Shown: positions 17,296 through 31,833 of the stretch, in pieces
Position numbering within the stretch: position 1 is the first letter of the stretch
Layout: every line of letters begins with the position of its first letter
NCBI GenBank assembly: GCA_003344405.1
Contig: NOWV01000015.1
Coordinates: 744,001 to 808,000, forward strand
From: Trichoplax sp. H2
Taxonomy: Eukaryota
Length of the DNA stretch: 64,000 bases
Reading direction: 5' to 3'
Program-made: the position numbers and the translations under genes
The notes under the pieces: model-generated
Databases searched by the model: none
Seen by the model: only the letters and a program-made list of their open reading frames with translations
Told to the model about the DNA's origin: nothing

Positions 17296-20131
17296 TATCG
17301 AAACGAAACGTATCACGTCTAAATAGTCTTGAATCTTTAAAATCTCTTCCTTCCTTACTGCAATAATAAAGCAACATTGTCGATCAAAAGTGAAATTTGA
17401 AACTTTATTTAGATGATGTTATTCCATAACAATCGCGAATTTATGGTTGATATCTAGCATCGTTATTCTTGAATTTATGTAAATGTAAAAATCAACGGGC
17501 TTCTAGAAGTGCTGTTAACAGTTGTTATGGCGAAATACTTTATTAGCAACTAAAAACTTGGTCTATGCTAATAGCTTATTTATATTAAATCATTATTTCT
17601 AACCATAACGGAATACTTATTGCTCGAATTTTACACACAAATATATGAAGTATCAAGAGAGCTTTCCAAATTACTGTTGGCAAAGATTGATGGATTACTA
17701 ATACGCATAGCGTAAACGATCAAATCAAAGTTGTATCCTTGAATAAAATTTAATCCAACTGTTATATTAAAATAGAAGTTGGCCTGCAATTATAAGTCAT
17801 TATATATATATAGAACATTATATATATAATAATAAATCTCAAGAATACTACAAAAAACGATTAGTTATCATCCGAGACAGTCTATCTCATCAGTGGCCAG
17901 AGGAATTCTATCAAGATCGGAATAATTCGTATTTATCAACGTGAACTTGTTTTGTAAAATGTAAACAAGCACGCATTCAACACAACTAAGTCATTTTCAT
18001 AATACTTACAATAAAATAATCTTAGGTGGCTAAAATGAATTTATGTTAAGATAACATTGCTTTTGTTATATCATGCCAAGCTACCGCAAATAACACACCC
18101 AATTGTACCTTTAAGGGGAATTTTATGTATCTAAAGCCGAAGAGAATATCATATTGGCACGGATTTCATGAGGAATGAATATGTTACAAAGCTGCAAAGC
18201 ATACCGGTTTAATAAATAAGTTAATATGCCGGTGTGTAATAACTTGGATCACCATCGCTATAAAATGACCTAGTCGGCCGAATAACTGCAAGTGCAAATT
18301 GTTTCATACCAGTATAACCGGATCTACAATAATTACTGCTCTGCCATTGCTACCAATATGAACTTAATTACTTAGACTGCTTGCTATAGTAGTTTATAGC
18401 AGTATTAAGTACTGCAAGCTTCGAAAAGTGTATGCATAGGCATACAAGTTATTTACTGTTGATTGTCTTTCTTTCCTGGCAATGGCTAAGCCAGTTTAGA
18501 TCATTTAATGTATAATTAACAAATTAGACAGAATATCAGGATTGAAGTCAAGAGTTGTGCACAATAAATTAGTATAAGCTCGAAGTAAGTTTAATATTAT
18601 TGTAAATCGGTAATCTCATTCTTTACATCAAGAATTTTTTTATATGCTGTTATTGTGATTATATATGTATACATATAATAATAGCCGTGGTAATGCTAAT
18701 AAGATATTTTGTTCCAAATTTTTACATTTAGTTATTGCTGTATCCAAAGGTTTTCTTTAAGTGGATACAAGATCATTAGTCATGATTTCAGCGATACTTA
18801 ATGTTATAAAATGAAATTTAATTAACTAAATCGATGAAAAGTTGCAATTTCATAATATAACATTATGTAAAATCACCAACTCTAACCATATTAAAGTTTC
18901 CTTTCTTTCTTCTCTAATATATTAAAATAATGACGTAAATTTGTAGATGCTGGCGATTCTTTCTAACCATTGTGACTTACCTTATTTATATAATCATCGT
19001 ATTTTAAATCTAATTTGCAAAGTCTTAAAGACTTTTCACAAATTGGATCCCAAAAACTACACTAAAGAAATATTACAGTGAAAATTTTGTCTCCTATATA
19101 ATGTTAGGAAAAAATGGATAATTTTATAGTATAAAAATTGACAGTATGTCAGTTGTTCTTAAATATCAAGATATCTACCGATCTGATATTACGAATACCA
19201 AAATAAAAAGTCTTTTTGGATATCGTCAATACAGGAAATTGTCGTATTTGCATGACGCTAACATAAAGAGTTATTTTATTCTTTTTGAAACTTAAATTCG
19301 GCAATATTTTCGTTAAATGATGGTTAAGATAGGAGAGAAAAGGTATAATGCAAACAGAAATGGAAAGATTTATTTGGATGTCTTAGTGCGTAAATACTTA
19401 ACTACACCCTATCAACGCGCTACGCTATGCCGGTATATCACGATTGTGATCGAGATCGCGTTTACTTTACGAAATACATCGACCTTAGTAGTTATTTTAC
19501 TCAGTAAAGTAAAGGTAAAGTAAATATACGACTTCTTATTATCTCGTATTAATAAATAACAGAACATAATCTATAGCCTTTGATGTAGGGTAAAGTCAAC
19601 GTATATATATAAGTATAAGACATTACTTACTCTCTTGAATTGCAAATCTAGTCTATGTTTCGACTACTCTTGTGGAGTACTCTAAACCTTGTGATCATTT
19701 TTATTCAATAAATGTACGACCGCGTACATATAATCAATCTATATATGAAAAGTACCAATACAGTATAAACGTCATATAAAATAAATCATTCTTACTTACT
19801 ACGATTAATAATTACTAGTACAAACTTACGTCGCTTTGCTGACGGTTTACGATAATGTACTTATTTGTTAATAATTAACAGACGGTATTACCATTCGCCA
19901 TTATTTATATCCCGGTAATAGCCAGGCACTGCTATATTCATAGCTATGCTTGTAGAATACTACTTTTCAATAATGCATCGACGGATGAAATGCTATATTA
20001 AAATTAGTTAACGGTCCAAAGCACATTATGATAACTAATGTACGGTGATGGACATACCAAATTAAGATTAGCAGGTACTGTAAGATATCTGCAGTGCGGT
20101 ACAATGTCCTTAGTACTGTGGTCAATTCTAT

Positions 20132-20354
20132 ACCAATCATTATAATGTGTCTAAGGATTGCTTGAGTATGCAAGCAAAGTTTGCTCTAGAGAAGACCTTC
20201 TCTATCTAATAACAACCGTTATAAGAAAATGTAACAATCAAAATGGCTGTGACCAATCATTATAATGTGTCTAAGCATTGCTTGAGTATGCCAGTAAAGC
20301 TTGCTCTGTCGATAGCAACCGTTATAAGAAAATGTAACAATCAAAATAGCTGTG
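20132..20354. repeat. Diverged tandem duplication (~120 + ~103 bp)
   Basis: accaatcattataatgtgtctaag...aatcaaaatRgctgtg occurs at 20132-20251 and 20252-20354. Confidence 0.9.
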
Positions 20355-23300
20355 TAGAAAACTCTATAAAGATTCTATGTTTATTCAATTTTCATCAGAA
20401 TATTACATGAAATCAAAATTGAAAGGCCCAGTGGCCACCCTTAGCGATATAACGAATACTATTTTAATAATCAGTACTCTGCAGAAATTACTACCGTAGA
20501 GGTATTCGTTTTACATGAAGAAATCTTGAGGTAAAAAGTACTGTAAGAATCTTATACTGACCTATTGAAAAGAACCCATAATTAGAGTCATCAAACAGTA
20601 GTATAAATACCCCAGCGCTGCTCGTTTCCAGAGAGGGTGGGTGGGATAAATTAGTCAACCAATTCAATACTAACGCTACATAAATTGTAAATTTATAGAA
20701 CAATTTAGATAAAAATTATTTGCTTATACTCGTTTCACTTAGCTAACTTGTTATAGTGTAATAAAAAGTCCATAACTTACACATGGTTGAACCAACTATC
20801 TAAAAGCCTTGATACTCGGATGATGAATTCTAACATGTTATTATTAAAATTCATAAATTTCTATGTAGAGAATATATCACTTATATAATACCGGATATTT
20901 AACTTTTGCACAGTGTTTATTTGCTAAAAATAATCATAACTTTAACAGATAATTCATCGTTATCAATTATTTACATCTGTCTGATAAGATTTAATTTAAA
21001 TTTCACACGCCTACCTATTGTACTTATAGAACATTAATGTGTTCGTCTACCATCATTTAGATTACTCCTGATAAAATAGCACCGTCAAATATCAAGTCGA
21101 TCCATCAAGCTTTCGACTGCTCAGTACAGTCTGAAATGCTATAGTATTGTACCTTTTAATATTACATCAATGATATTTCACAAACTTTGCCGCTATTTGA
21201 CTAGATGCAACTATTGTAGCCAGAAACGAAGTACACAATATTGTACAATGTTCAATTTAAGGTGATAATAACGGTAGTGCTTCTTACTGTGCAACAGTAG
21301 TAATTCGTAAATTGATAAAATAGTAAATAACCTTAGCGATTACGAAAGGAGTAATATTTAAGAATCTGGTACAGTATAGGTCGGATAAATGAACAGGAAC
21401 TGATTAAATGCTTGATCAATAAAGAAAAATAGGATATAAAAAAATAGAATTTCTGAGAAATTTATAAAAAGTTCAGTCAAGAATACTGTACTAGGAAACT
21501 CTCGAAAATGGCAAATAATACCACTGCGTATTATAGAGAAAGCAGTTCCCGAGTTTATTAAGGAGACTTGTGGAGAAAATTTTCTGCTTCTCTTTATTAT
21601 CGTAACAAAGATAAAGTGAGAGTTTACATAATTTTACAGTGCCACATTTATAACAATTATAAATAGCAGATTGTTTATTATAATCATGATTGCGATGTTA
21701 AGATTAATACAGTATATATCTACACATTTATTGACAGTGTCTATGAGCATATGCTAAACAGCATTAGCGTATGAAAGTATTCAAAAGAAAGGATAAGCTC
21801 CGCTGCTTATTTCCCAAGATAAACAACACCAGTTTGTTTTGTTGAAATCAATCGATTGAATAATTAGTAGGTTAGGAAATTATCGGGAAAGTACGGTAGA
21901 AAACAAGACGTAACATAAAATAGAAGGTGATTTTGGATTGTGCAATTAAAATAAGAAGATTAAGGTAGATATTCTTTTTTTATTATAAATTAATTAATAC
22001 AGTATTATAGTCGATTACAAGCTGGAAGGATTACAGTACTGGATAATAACCTTGGGGCATTGCACCTGCGTTGATATAGACAACAAAACATTAAATCTGG
22101 CGGTAATACATAACAATGTATAACATATATACTTGAAATGTTACTATTCTATTTAGAAAGAGAATGATTAGGCCAGTCGCTATATGGTAATATTGACTGA
22201 TTTTTATTCCGTAATTGGAGTTTATTTTTATCCAATGCTTCCGCTTGGAGTTCAAAAACCAAAGCGATTACTTCCAAATGATGGTCATTCACTGATACTA
22301 ACTATGCATTCATGATCGTTACGATTTTATGGCTAGAAGGCCGAAGGAAGTTAATTCTCTAATCATGAATCAAATATATTGCTAATAAAATTTTATTCCA
22401 GTAGTAAGTATCTTATAATATCACACACTATCAATTAAATTGTGTATCTGACCTGATTGAAAAAAAATTTAATTAATATTTAGTTGCTACCATTTTTGCT
22501 GCAATTGTAATTTTTAAGCCAATTAAAAATTTATAGGTAAACTTTTAATATTAATTGAATAGAAATTTATCGCTGAAATTGCAATTATTGAAATATTCCT
22601 AACGTTATCATTCAAATAAGTGTAAGTAGATGCAGTAGTACGACATGAAATCTAAATCAATTAGTTTAACCAATACAAAGAGCCAGTATGTCATGGCATG
22701 CCGAAATGATGCCATTAACGTATATATATCAATTAATTGAGCGATTATAGGATTTAACTGTAAAGATTTTACAGATTATGATTTATTAAATTCCGATTTT
22801 ATGATGTACTATCGATCGGTAGAAATAGATATCATAATTTATAAGTGAAATTCAATTATAATCGTACAGTACAATATAATAAAATGCTGTTTACAGCATA
22901 ACATTGGTATAAGCCTATTATTACTCTGGCATTTAGATGATGTGCATAATAATTATTTTGGATTGTTTTCAAGTATTAAGAATTCAATTTTATCGAATGT
23001 ATAATGTGTACAATTTAATAGCTAGAGCTGATTATATGATATAATAAAGTACCGATAATTACTTATGGTACATTAATAATTTAGGGTAACTAAAATAAGT
23101 CAGAAAAGAATTTGCGAACTTAGACATTTAATACATTAAATTCTTACATGTTTACAAGAACAAGATAACATAATAATTCGTTATTAGTTTTCGGCCTTCA
23201 AATGTATTTATTTATAGAGATTCATAAATTATCTTATCAGCAGATGATGCTTAGGTGAATCCGTGACTGATATTTAGTAAATAAGACATTGACCAGATGT

Positions 23301-24871
23301 ACAGATTATTAAGTATCTTGTTCCTATGTTAAAGCTATTCGCTAAAGTATTATTCATAAATGGATCAAACACTATTAAGGGCAGAACATTATAAGGATAT
23401 AATATTAATTAGTATTGTAAGAAATCACATTTATACGGATGTAGTAGTACAAACACTATTACAACCAATAATATATATCTGAACGATAGAGATACTGGTA
23501 TGGACAACTAAAAGCGCCTATCAAGCAGAATATACCTAATGGAATTAAATGTCATTAAGCTAATTATAAAATTATGTCAACGGCAATTCTATTGCTTAAA
23601 ATATAACGTTTGATACCCTATTATATTAATAATAATGTATGTGAATGGAATAATAAATTATTGTCTGTTTGGGAATACTATCAATATAAGTACGGCTTTG
23701 ATGCAATCATAATTATATTCAAGAAAGTTTACCTGACCAAAGCGCGTAAAATTCATGATAATAGACAGCGCATCTTTTTGCAATTAGAACAACGATTACC
23801 TTTGTGCAATAAAGCTTTTATTAATTGTATACGAAAAAATCTACTAGCATATCCTTGGAGCAAAAGTTAGTCAACTTAAATTTTTGCCTGTAGCACTAAA
23901 ATTTCGTATATTTTTCTTTCATCAGATAAGAATAATCGGCAATTTTAGCTCTAATCGTTATAAGAAATTAATTTTAAAATTTCTGATAGAACACTCGCAA
24001 TAAATTGCATGATTTTCTTAAATTTTTAAATTAACCACCGTTGGTTCATGACCGACTACAAATAAAAATTATATCATTATGTAATAATCTAGATTTAATA
24101 TATAAGCATACAGTCATGCGAAAAATCGCCACTCTACCATTATAGTGTTTAACAGAGAGAATCTGATAAAAATTACTGGAGCTGTCTTACAGCATTACAG
24201 CTGGTAGTACAATCAACGACGAATCACAAGTCATATTAGCTATGTTGAAAGAATAATCCAAAGCAGTGCAGTAGCTAGCACGTAATCGAAAATTCAAAAT
24301 TTTTTGCATTAAAATGTCTAGTATTTCGACGTCAGTAGATTATAAAAGCTATGCACAATAGCTAGATGTAATGAAGAAAATTGTTACGATTGATTAAATA
24401 GTCCGCATAGACTTAAACTGGTGTGATTTTGCCCGTTGATGTAGACGAGGCCGATAGTGGAATTGACGGATGGGCTCTAAAAATAATCAATAGCGTAAGA
24501 GAAAGATATAAGATCGTAAAAATAAAGCAATTCATCATTTTTTGATTAATCACACTTTTATAAAAGCTGATATTGCAGATAATATTAGATTATACAGAAA
24601 AATGGCATGTTCTTAGGCTTCTAAGCAAACTATATAAAATTTCTTATGGCGATAAAGGATATACTGTACGCAAGTACAAAATTGCAAAATTTTGTTTGTC
24701 TTTTCATCATTTCAAAACTATCTTAAAGGCAGACCATGGATATCCGGTATAGTAATTATATTTGATTTTATAACATATAATATTAATTGTGATGCGTAGT
24801 ATCAAAGATACAGTAAACGTTGATGCACACTAATTTAAATGTTTTAGTAGTTTTAAATTGAATAAGTGCAC

Positions 24872-25927
24872 TTACGATATCAAACGACCGCGATTTTCGG
24901 TTAATTCACGAGATCTTGATTTATGTAAATATTTGGAGAAACTGCTCCTGGCTGATGTTAGATCGGTAGCTGCGGAAGTCGATATGTTTAATTTCGATGT
25001 TTTTATAAGGCAGTCTTTAGCAGCTTCCCTCACATCGGCATTAAAATAGGCAAAAAGTAATGGACTAATAGCTGGATTTGAGAATGCTAGAATTTGTAAT
25101 GGCCGCCATATAGAAATTAAGAAATCGTTCATATCCAGTCTTAATATCAAGTAATAAGTTGTATAAGGTATCCAACATAGGCAAAAAATCCCGACAATAA
25201 TGCTGACTTGAAGGAGTGCTTTCTTATTTTTTTTCTCAGTTATGATCGAATTTTTAGTTCTAAGATGATTTCTATTCATAGTATGAACAATCCATACAAT
25301 TCTAGTATATGTAGCAATAATAATAATCAAAGGTATGTAAAATAAAATAATAAATACGATATAATAATAAATAGTTTCAGCTAGTTCATCATTGGAGCGA
25401 TTTGTACATACTTGATTACTCAAGTTAAAAAATATCATAAAAGGTATAAAACCAGCTAGAGTTGAAAATGCCCATGATATTAGCAATACTATAATAACAT
25501 TACGTTGTGTTATTAAAGATTTATAACGGAATGGATATACAACAGAAAAATAACGTTCCAAGCTGAGAATGCACATATGAAAGTTTAAATTAATAAAAAA
25601 TGATATGCCAAATGTAAGACTTAAGTTACAAAACAGTGGTGATTTCTTTAATGTACTAGCTTCAAGAACTTGCCTGGGCACTAAATATAAGACAGCAATT
25701 AAAATAGCATCTAACGACATACTAATTAATATACAATTGGAGATAGTTCGAAGGCGTTTTTGCAAGGCGATAAAAACAAGTAGAATGGAATTACCAACAG
25801 TAATAAAGCATGCCACACAGAGCCAAACTACCATTACCCAAAGTGGCCTTGGTGGTACTGGATTTCCAAGGGTGCTATTAGATTTATTGGAAAAATTGGC
25901 GAAGCTGGTTGTATTGATGGAAGTCAT
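24872..25927 (-). CDS. Intronless rhodopsin-like (class A) GPCR
   Basis: 351-aa ORF: N-glycosylation sequons at the N-terminus, GN in TM1, LERY in TM3, CWIPY in TM6, NPAISPLLFAY in TM7 and a Ser/Thr-rich tail. Confidence 0.93.
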   Translation of the reverse strand: MTSINTTSFANFSNKSNSTLGNPVPPRPLWVMVVWLCVACFITVGNSILLVFIALQKRLRTISNCILISMSLDAILIAVLYLVPRQVLEASTLKKSPLFCNLSLTFGISFFINLNFHMCILSLERYFSVVYPFRYKSLITQRNVIIVLLISWAFSTLAGFIPFMIFFNLSNQVCTNRSNDELAETIYYYIVFIILFYIPLIIIIATYTRIVWIVHTMNRNHLRTKNSIITEKKNKKALLQVSIIVGIFCLCWIPYTTYYLILRLDMNDFLISIWRPLQILAFSNPAISPLLFAYFNADVREAAKDCLIKTSKLNISTSAATDLTSARSSFSKYLHKSRSRELTENRGRLIS

Positions 25928-28900
25928 GATTAGATGACTTTATGTAGTTGTTAATTATTCTAATGGGGAAACTGATCGTCTGATTCCACACTGATAACAA
26001 TAAATAATGAAAGAATCTTTTCTTACTATTTCTTCTTCCTTTAAACCTTGAGACCAAGATGATAGCTATAAATTACTTACTATATCATCAAAATGATGGG
26101 AAAACAATTTCTTTTGTAGTATTAGACGGAATATTTGTCGGTGAAATAGAATTCGATGATATAGAATTGGTTTTTATCAAATGTTAACTTCGTACTGTAT
26201 ATAAATATTGAAAGGATAAGATTTACTACTTTAATTTAACGAAGAATTTTTACACAACAAGTCTGACAGGCTCCGAACCATCGAATGTCAGAGAAGAAAT
26301 GAGGGCAGATAGAAAAATCACTAGTTATAATAGATTTTGATTACATACAATTTTTTATTGAATTATTCAATTTCTTTGGAAAGTAATAACGACTGCCATA
26401 TTCCTTTATTGTTGACGTTATTTTGTTGAAGGTATGTAATGGTGATAGTCACTTCTATAGGTGCGATTTCATTTACGTTTATATTATATCGTATTTTACC
26501 AAATACGTTTGTTATTTGATCGATTAATCAATGGAAAAAGCTAAATTAGGAGTAAATAAAGTCATGTCCCGCTTTCAACTATGTAGAACAAAGCGATAAT
26601 AACAAAGAGTAAACTATTCCAATGGTCACGAAATTCGTTTCCTCTCCTTAAATTAGAGAAGACTTGTATATATGGATGGACGCATATATTGTAGGCATTT
26701 TCATCATGTTATCCCCTACCTAATGCTATCTTCTTTATCATTAGTATTACCTTTCTTCTTGATCAGTAACCAAATAAGAGCTGAAAAAAGCTAATTTATT
26801 TTGTTTCTATTTGTACGATACCGTAACACTCGATCGAAAAGGAATAGAATTGAAGAAAATATAGGATTTTTTCGCCAATTTTATAATGGATTATTATTGC
26901 ATTAAAAGTGCAACTTTATGCTCCAATGATAGACAAATCGTCCGTTGGAAAAACATTCATCAAATCCAATCTTTTCTACTTTGCTCTACTAGTTTCTTTA
27001 TCATTAAATGATGCTCATGTTTTGATTTTAAACTCTTGATCATAAATAAGAAATGAATATGTTATCGCCTATGAAAAAGTGCACTCGTAAAAACAACCTA
27101 ATTTCAGTAAAAGAATAGTAGAATTTACTTCGTATGTAAATAAATAAATCAATTTTTAATTGTTGCCATCCACAATATTCCTCTTCATTTACAAAAGCCG
27201 TGAGAGAAAATATAGCCTATTCGAGTTAAATTGATTAGGATTATTTAACGATGAGTAATCGACCGTAAGAACTTAGATGTCAAAATAGAAAGGATATTTT
27301 GGTATAGTTTAGTTTTAGATAGAAATGGTGCATATTTATATGAGTTTAGTTATACAGTATTGTACAATAAATTGTCTGACAATGTCTATATTTTAATGAG
27401 ATATTTAAATCATGATCTATTTCTTGTGATTAATTAACCTATAGTGCAGTGCAACTTTACGATCTAATATTGTAAATTGAAAGATTTTCTATCATTTTAT
27501 TATCTCTAATGTAAATAATATATAGGCTAGACACATAGAATAAAGTACGATATAATTTTCATGCCGCTATCATCACTATTAGAAAATATTATTCGTTAAG
27601 TCGAGCTACAGCGATTACTATTAATGCAAATTACTCATTATTAAAAATGGAAAAGGTTTAAGAACGGCTATGTATCATACATAACTCGAAAATTAACAAT
27701 TTCTTTCCATTTACGTTTTTGTTAAATCATTGACTATTATCATTCATTGGGATGAAAGATCATAATACGTCAATCTGATTCATTACGTGAATGAATTAGA
27801 TTAAATTTCTGATGGTAAATATGTTGAGTTTAAAAAATCAAGACAATACTTATCTTTTTATTGACGGTAAACAGTACTTTTCTGTTAAAAGAGTTGAATA
27901 ATTAATGGACCAATAGCCTAATTGAGTGTATTTTTGGACGAAATAAAAAAATTTTTACCCTTAAGTGTTGGATTCAACTTTCTTGGAGTTCTAAGAAAAA
28001 TGATTGAGGTAACGGTAATCAGAAATGATCGTGTTTAATTAATTTGATGATATTGTATTTATATGCTGTTACAATTATACTAGGAACATAAAATCCTGAT
28101 TAACTGTTAAACTGATCTTTTGAACTGAATCACTGTTATCGTTGTCATTTGATGTTACACATATGTTATCCAAGGTTACACTTATTCTATTCAGTTTATT
28201 TTTGAATATAAATACAATTTTGGTCTAAAAATACGCCATTCAATTGGGAATGAAGTGCAACTTAATAATTATATTCTGGAGTTATTCTTGCGTATTTACT
28301 GGCATACGTGTATGATATTAGTCTTCTAACGTAATTAGAACGATACATTAATGGTTGGGCATAATAAATATAAAATCCCGTAAGACATGGATTTATGGTT
28401 AACTCACAATGAGCTCTATAGCCATAGTCTATGACTGACGTTTAATTAGCGTAATGTAATTGTAATGAATCTGACATAAAATATCCACTTGTATGGCGTT
28501 ATAGGCGGAAGCAAGCCTCTATCGCATCGTTATGCGTAATGCTTTTCAGTGCATTTAATAGACGCTAGTAATTTATTATTATAATAGTAGTAAATTTCAT
28601 TGTATAGATTTTAAGATCATTTTAGATTTGTTCAAACTAATCAAATGCCGCATTAGAAATGATATGTAGCGATGACACAGGAGCTTTTTCTACCTCGAAC
28701 AATAATTATGAGTACCATTTTACATAATCTCTTATTGTTATATGCAATAATAATAGGCGATCAAAGGGTACTTTAATATTGTTATATAGTTATTAGCAAA
28801 ACTATTAGCTTTAATACTATATATTTTCAATTTTAATTACAAAATAACAGCAACATCTTAATGTATCTTTCGTCATCAGAAGGACTCTACCATCAGCGAC

Positions 28901-31066
28901 TGCAATCTGTAAATCTTTTGCAATATGCTTTACAAATGCCACAGTAGATTTTTTATTAATCAGCGACGATTATGACATATCTCGATTCAGTCTCTGACTT
29001 ATATATACATATATATACATGTGAATATTAATGGCGCCCTGAATCGAACTCTATACTAGCATTGATATGACTACAGAAAAGTTGTAAGAGGTATTCTAAG
29101 TTACAATAATTTTTTATATACTTTTTCTGCAATTCCATTTTATTGGACATAGATGCACTTGTATTAATTTTAATTCCGTAACTAAAAAATAAGAGATATT
29201 CCGGTATAAATTTTTTTCCTAATATAATGTTTTATAGTGACTTGACAATTTCAACATTAGGATGTAATACCGGTAGCTCTTTCAAATTGATATTAGTTTA
29301 ATTTAAGTATATCCTGGTTACATGTATTATTTGTATCTTAGATATTAACCAACAACGTATATATCTATATGCTTTATCTTAAAGAAATAATATAAAATCG
29401 ACGAGGAATTTATAAATATTATTGTTCGCATTCAATATTAGGTATCGGCATTACGTCTGATTATAATAATTAAAGTTATTATGTATTGCGAGAAAGGTTG
29501 TTGTAAGATATATTGATGTAGCTGTAGGCGTAAGCCGTGTAACGATAGAATTTTTGTGTTTATTCCCGTTCTGTTAAATGATATTATTATATCGTTATAA
29601 CATAGTTACATTGTGCATACTAATATCGTATGTAAATATATTAGAAATATCGTAGGATAATATCCGCTATGTCGGATATACGTATGGCTATTATTATTGT
29701 ACATCTATCATTTAATTAACATATTTTAAATATCGAAATGATAAATTGAACATTTACAGTACGTAACTTAATCAATCTAGTATGTATAGAACGGAGATTT
29801 TCTATTGCAACATAAAATGAGTATTTTGCTGTGTTGCAAAATACTCGCATCATCGTGCATTAGGTACGACATATAAAGTTAAAGCTATAATAAAATTAGA
29901 AGTAAGTCTTGCTATTAGTGCTGGATTTTTGTTTGTAGTACTGAGCACTAGAAAATTACCCCTTCGAATTGACGAAACAGCGATTTGTTTCAAGATCGTT
30001 TGGGCTTGAACCACACTCCTCCAGTACTGTAGTACATACAAGTCAATTCACAGAATTTATTACGCTTTGCCTGGGGTAAAACTTGAGAATTAAAATTTAT
30101 TTAGTCCTAGTTTTACCCGTGACACCTGCTATGGCCATTGCTCAAATTCTACTGTACTTTAAATTGGAAGGTATATGGAACTAAACTAAAGGAACTATTC
30201 AATTTCATAGTGTGAATTTGGTGAATTGTTAAGTAATCTACTACGCCTCTCTTCCCATCAATTTCCTTCAGCTTCAATAAGTAAATCTTGTGATGCAAAG
30301 AAATAATGAAATCTGAGTTTACGAAGTACTATATCGACAATAGATATACGCGGCTAGGTATGCGTATCTAGCCAGTATATCGATAGGGCATGCAGTGATG
30401 TTCTATTAAAGGACAGGAAGTACAATAACAACTGAATATTTTCTCTTAGTCATTATTTTAAACGTTTCTTGCCGGAAAATGAAAATGAATACATTACAAT
30501 ACTCGAATGTAGCGTACATACGAGTATTGTAGTTTTTACAAAACATTTCATCTCGTCATGGTTCATTTATCCGTTTTGATGTAGCAGTTGATCATTGATA
30601 TTTGTCGCCTTTCGTAGGTGTGCTTCAATTTGAAATAAATTGGTCGTCCAACGTTTTTTCCCCATTAAATACTACCTAGTTCAAGGTGATTATGAGAACT
30701 AGTGCTATCACTCGATCTACACTAAACATTGTAAAAAAGTACTAACAATATCTTACAAGCCTAATTAGATCCTTTTAAACCCTGCTGTGGGATAGTTTGA
30801 ATGAATAAAACGATCTAATTTGGGGTAATCCAATTTCAGAGTATTGTCTCTTTCGCCTATTGGAGCTATAGCCTTACTTCTCTATTTAGTGCATGCACAA
30901 TTCTTATAATAATAATATAATAGCCTATGGTAAAGAATTTTTTCGTTGTACGGAGCTCGTTGTACTGTATTACAAAGGAGAAAGAAAAGACTATCCTATT
31001 GGAAGGCGTCGTTCCATGACTTTAGCTGAGCTATCTAAGTTAATTATTCGATATCAAAATGCAAGG

Positions 31067-31833
31067 AAACCAGTATTACCTTGGTCATTACTCAATAACC
31101 AACTATTCTACTACGTGATTCACTCTCTCATATATCTTGTATCCTCTCCTCTCTTTCCAATTTTACTCATTAATAAACGCCTTCTCTCACCACACCTTGT
31201 GTGTTAGCTCCTTGCCTGACGACAAGAACTATTCCGTCTATTAGTATTACTAGTATTACTGTAATAAGTTCTCGAGCAAATGAAGAGACGACGTATTAGC
31301 AAAGAATAGAACTTTATTAAGACTTATAAATGCGAACTAATAAAGTATGACAGCAACGCTCATATATATAGTCTATCATGGAATATTCTAGAACTTATTA
31401 GTAGTTATTATAATATACATAGACTGAGTATTCTAGAAGGTTCTATATGCATATGAGGTTCAAAATACGTGCGCATCTAAGACTGACCCTTACGAAGTCA
31501 CTCTACTAATACTATGACAATTACCTTGGTGATTGCTCTACAACCAACTATTCTACTGCGTGATTCACTCTCTCATATATCTTACATCCTCTCTTCTCTT
31601 TCCTATTTTACTCATACATGGCGACAAGAACTATTCCGTCTATTAGTATAACCAGTATTACCTTGGTTATTGCTCTATAACCAACTATTCAATTACGTGA
31701 TTCACTCTCTCATATATCTTGTATCCTCTCCTCTCTTTCCTATTTTACTCATTAATAAACGCCTATCTCTCACCACACCTTGTGTGTTAGCTCCTTGCCT
31801 GGCGACAAGAACTATTCCGTCTATTAGTATAAC
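31067..31833 (+). repeat. Tandem ~180-bp repeat (2 full copies + 1 internally deleted copy), possibly an old LTR 3' portion
   Basis: Unit ccagtattaccttggt...aataaacgcc...ccgtctattagtat at ~31070-31250, ~31520-31650 (deleted) and ~31652-31833. Ends ...TATAACA followed by TGATGGTGTGAGATGG. Confidence 0.8.
31260..31519 (-). mobile_element. Solo LTR, 260 bp
   Basis: TGT...ACA termini (TGTAATA / TATGACA), exact 5-bp target-site duplication ATTAC at 31255-31259 and 31520-31524. The empty site cagtattaccttggt is visible in sibling repeat copies. TATA-like and AATAAA motifs lie in the expected order on the minus strand. Confidence 0.85.

Noticed and set aside
25605-25937. 110-aa plus-strand ORF (also 3237-3467, 24858-25049 and 57209-57466)
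   Set aside because: Antisense shadows of real coding exons.
31067-31833. CRISPR-like repeat array
   Set aside because: Units are ~180 bp without unique spacers, the context is eukaryotic and there are no cas genes.
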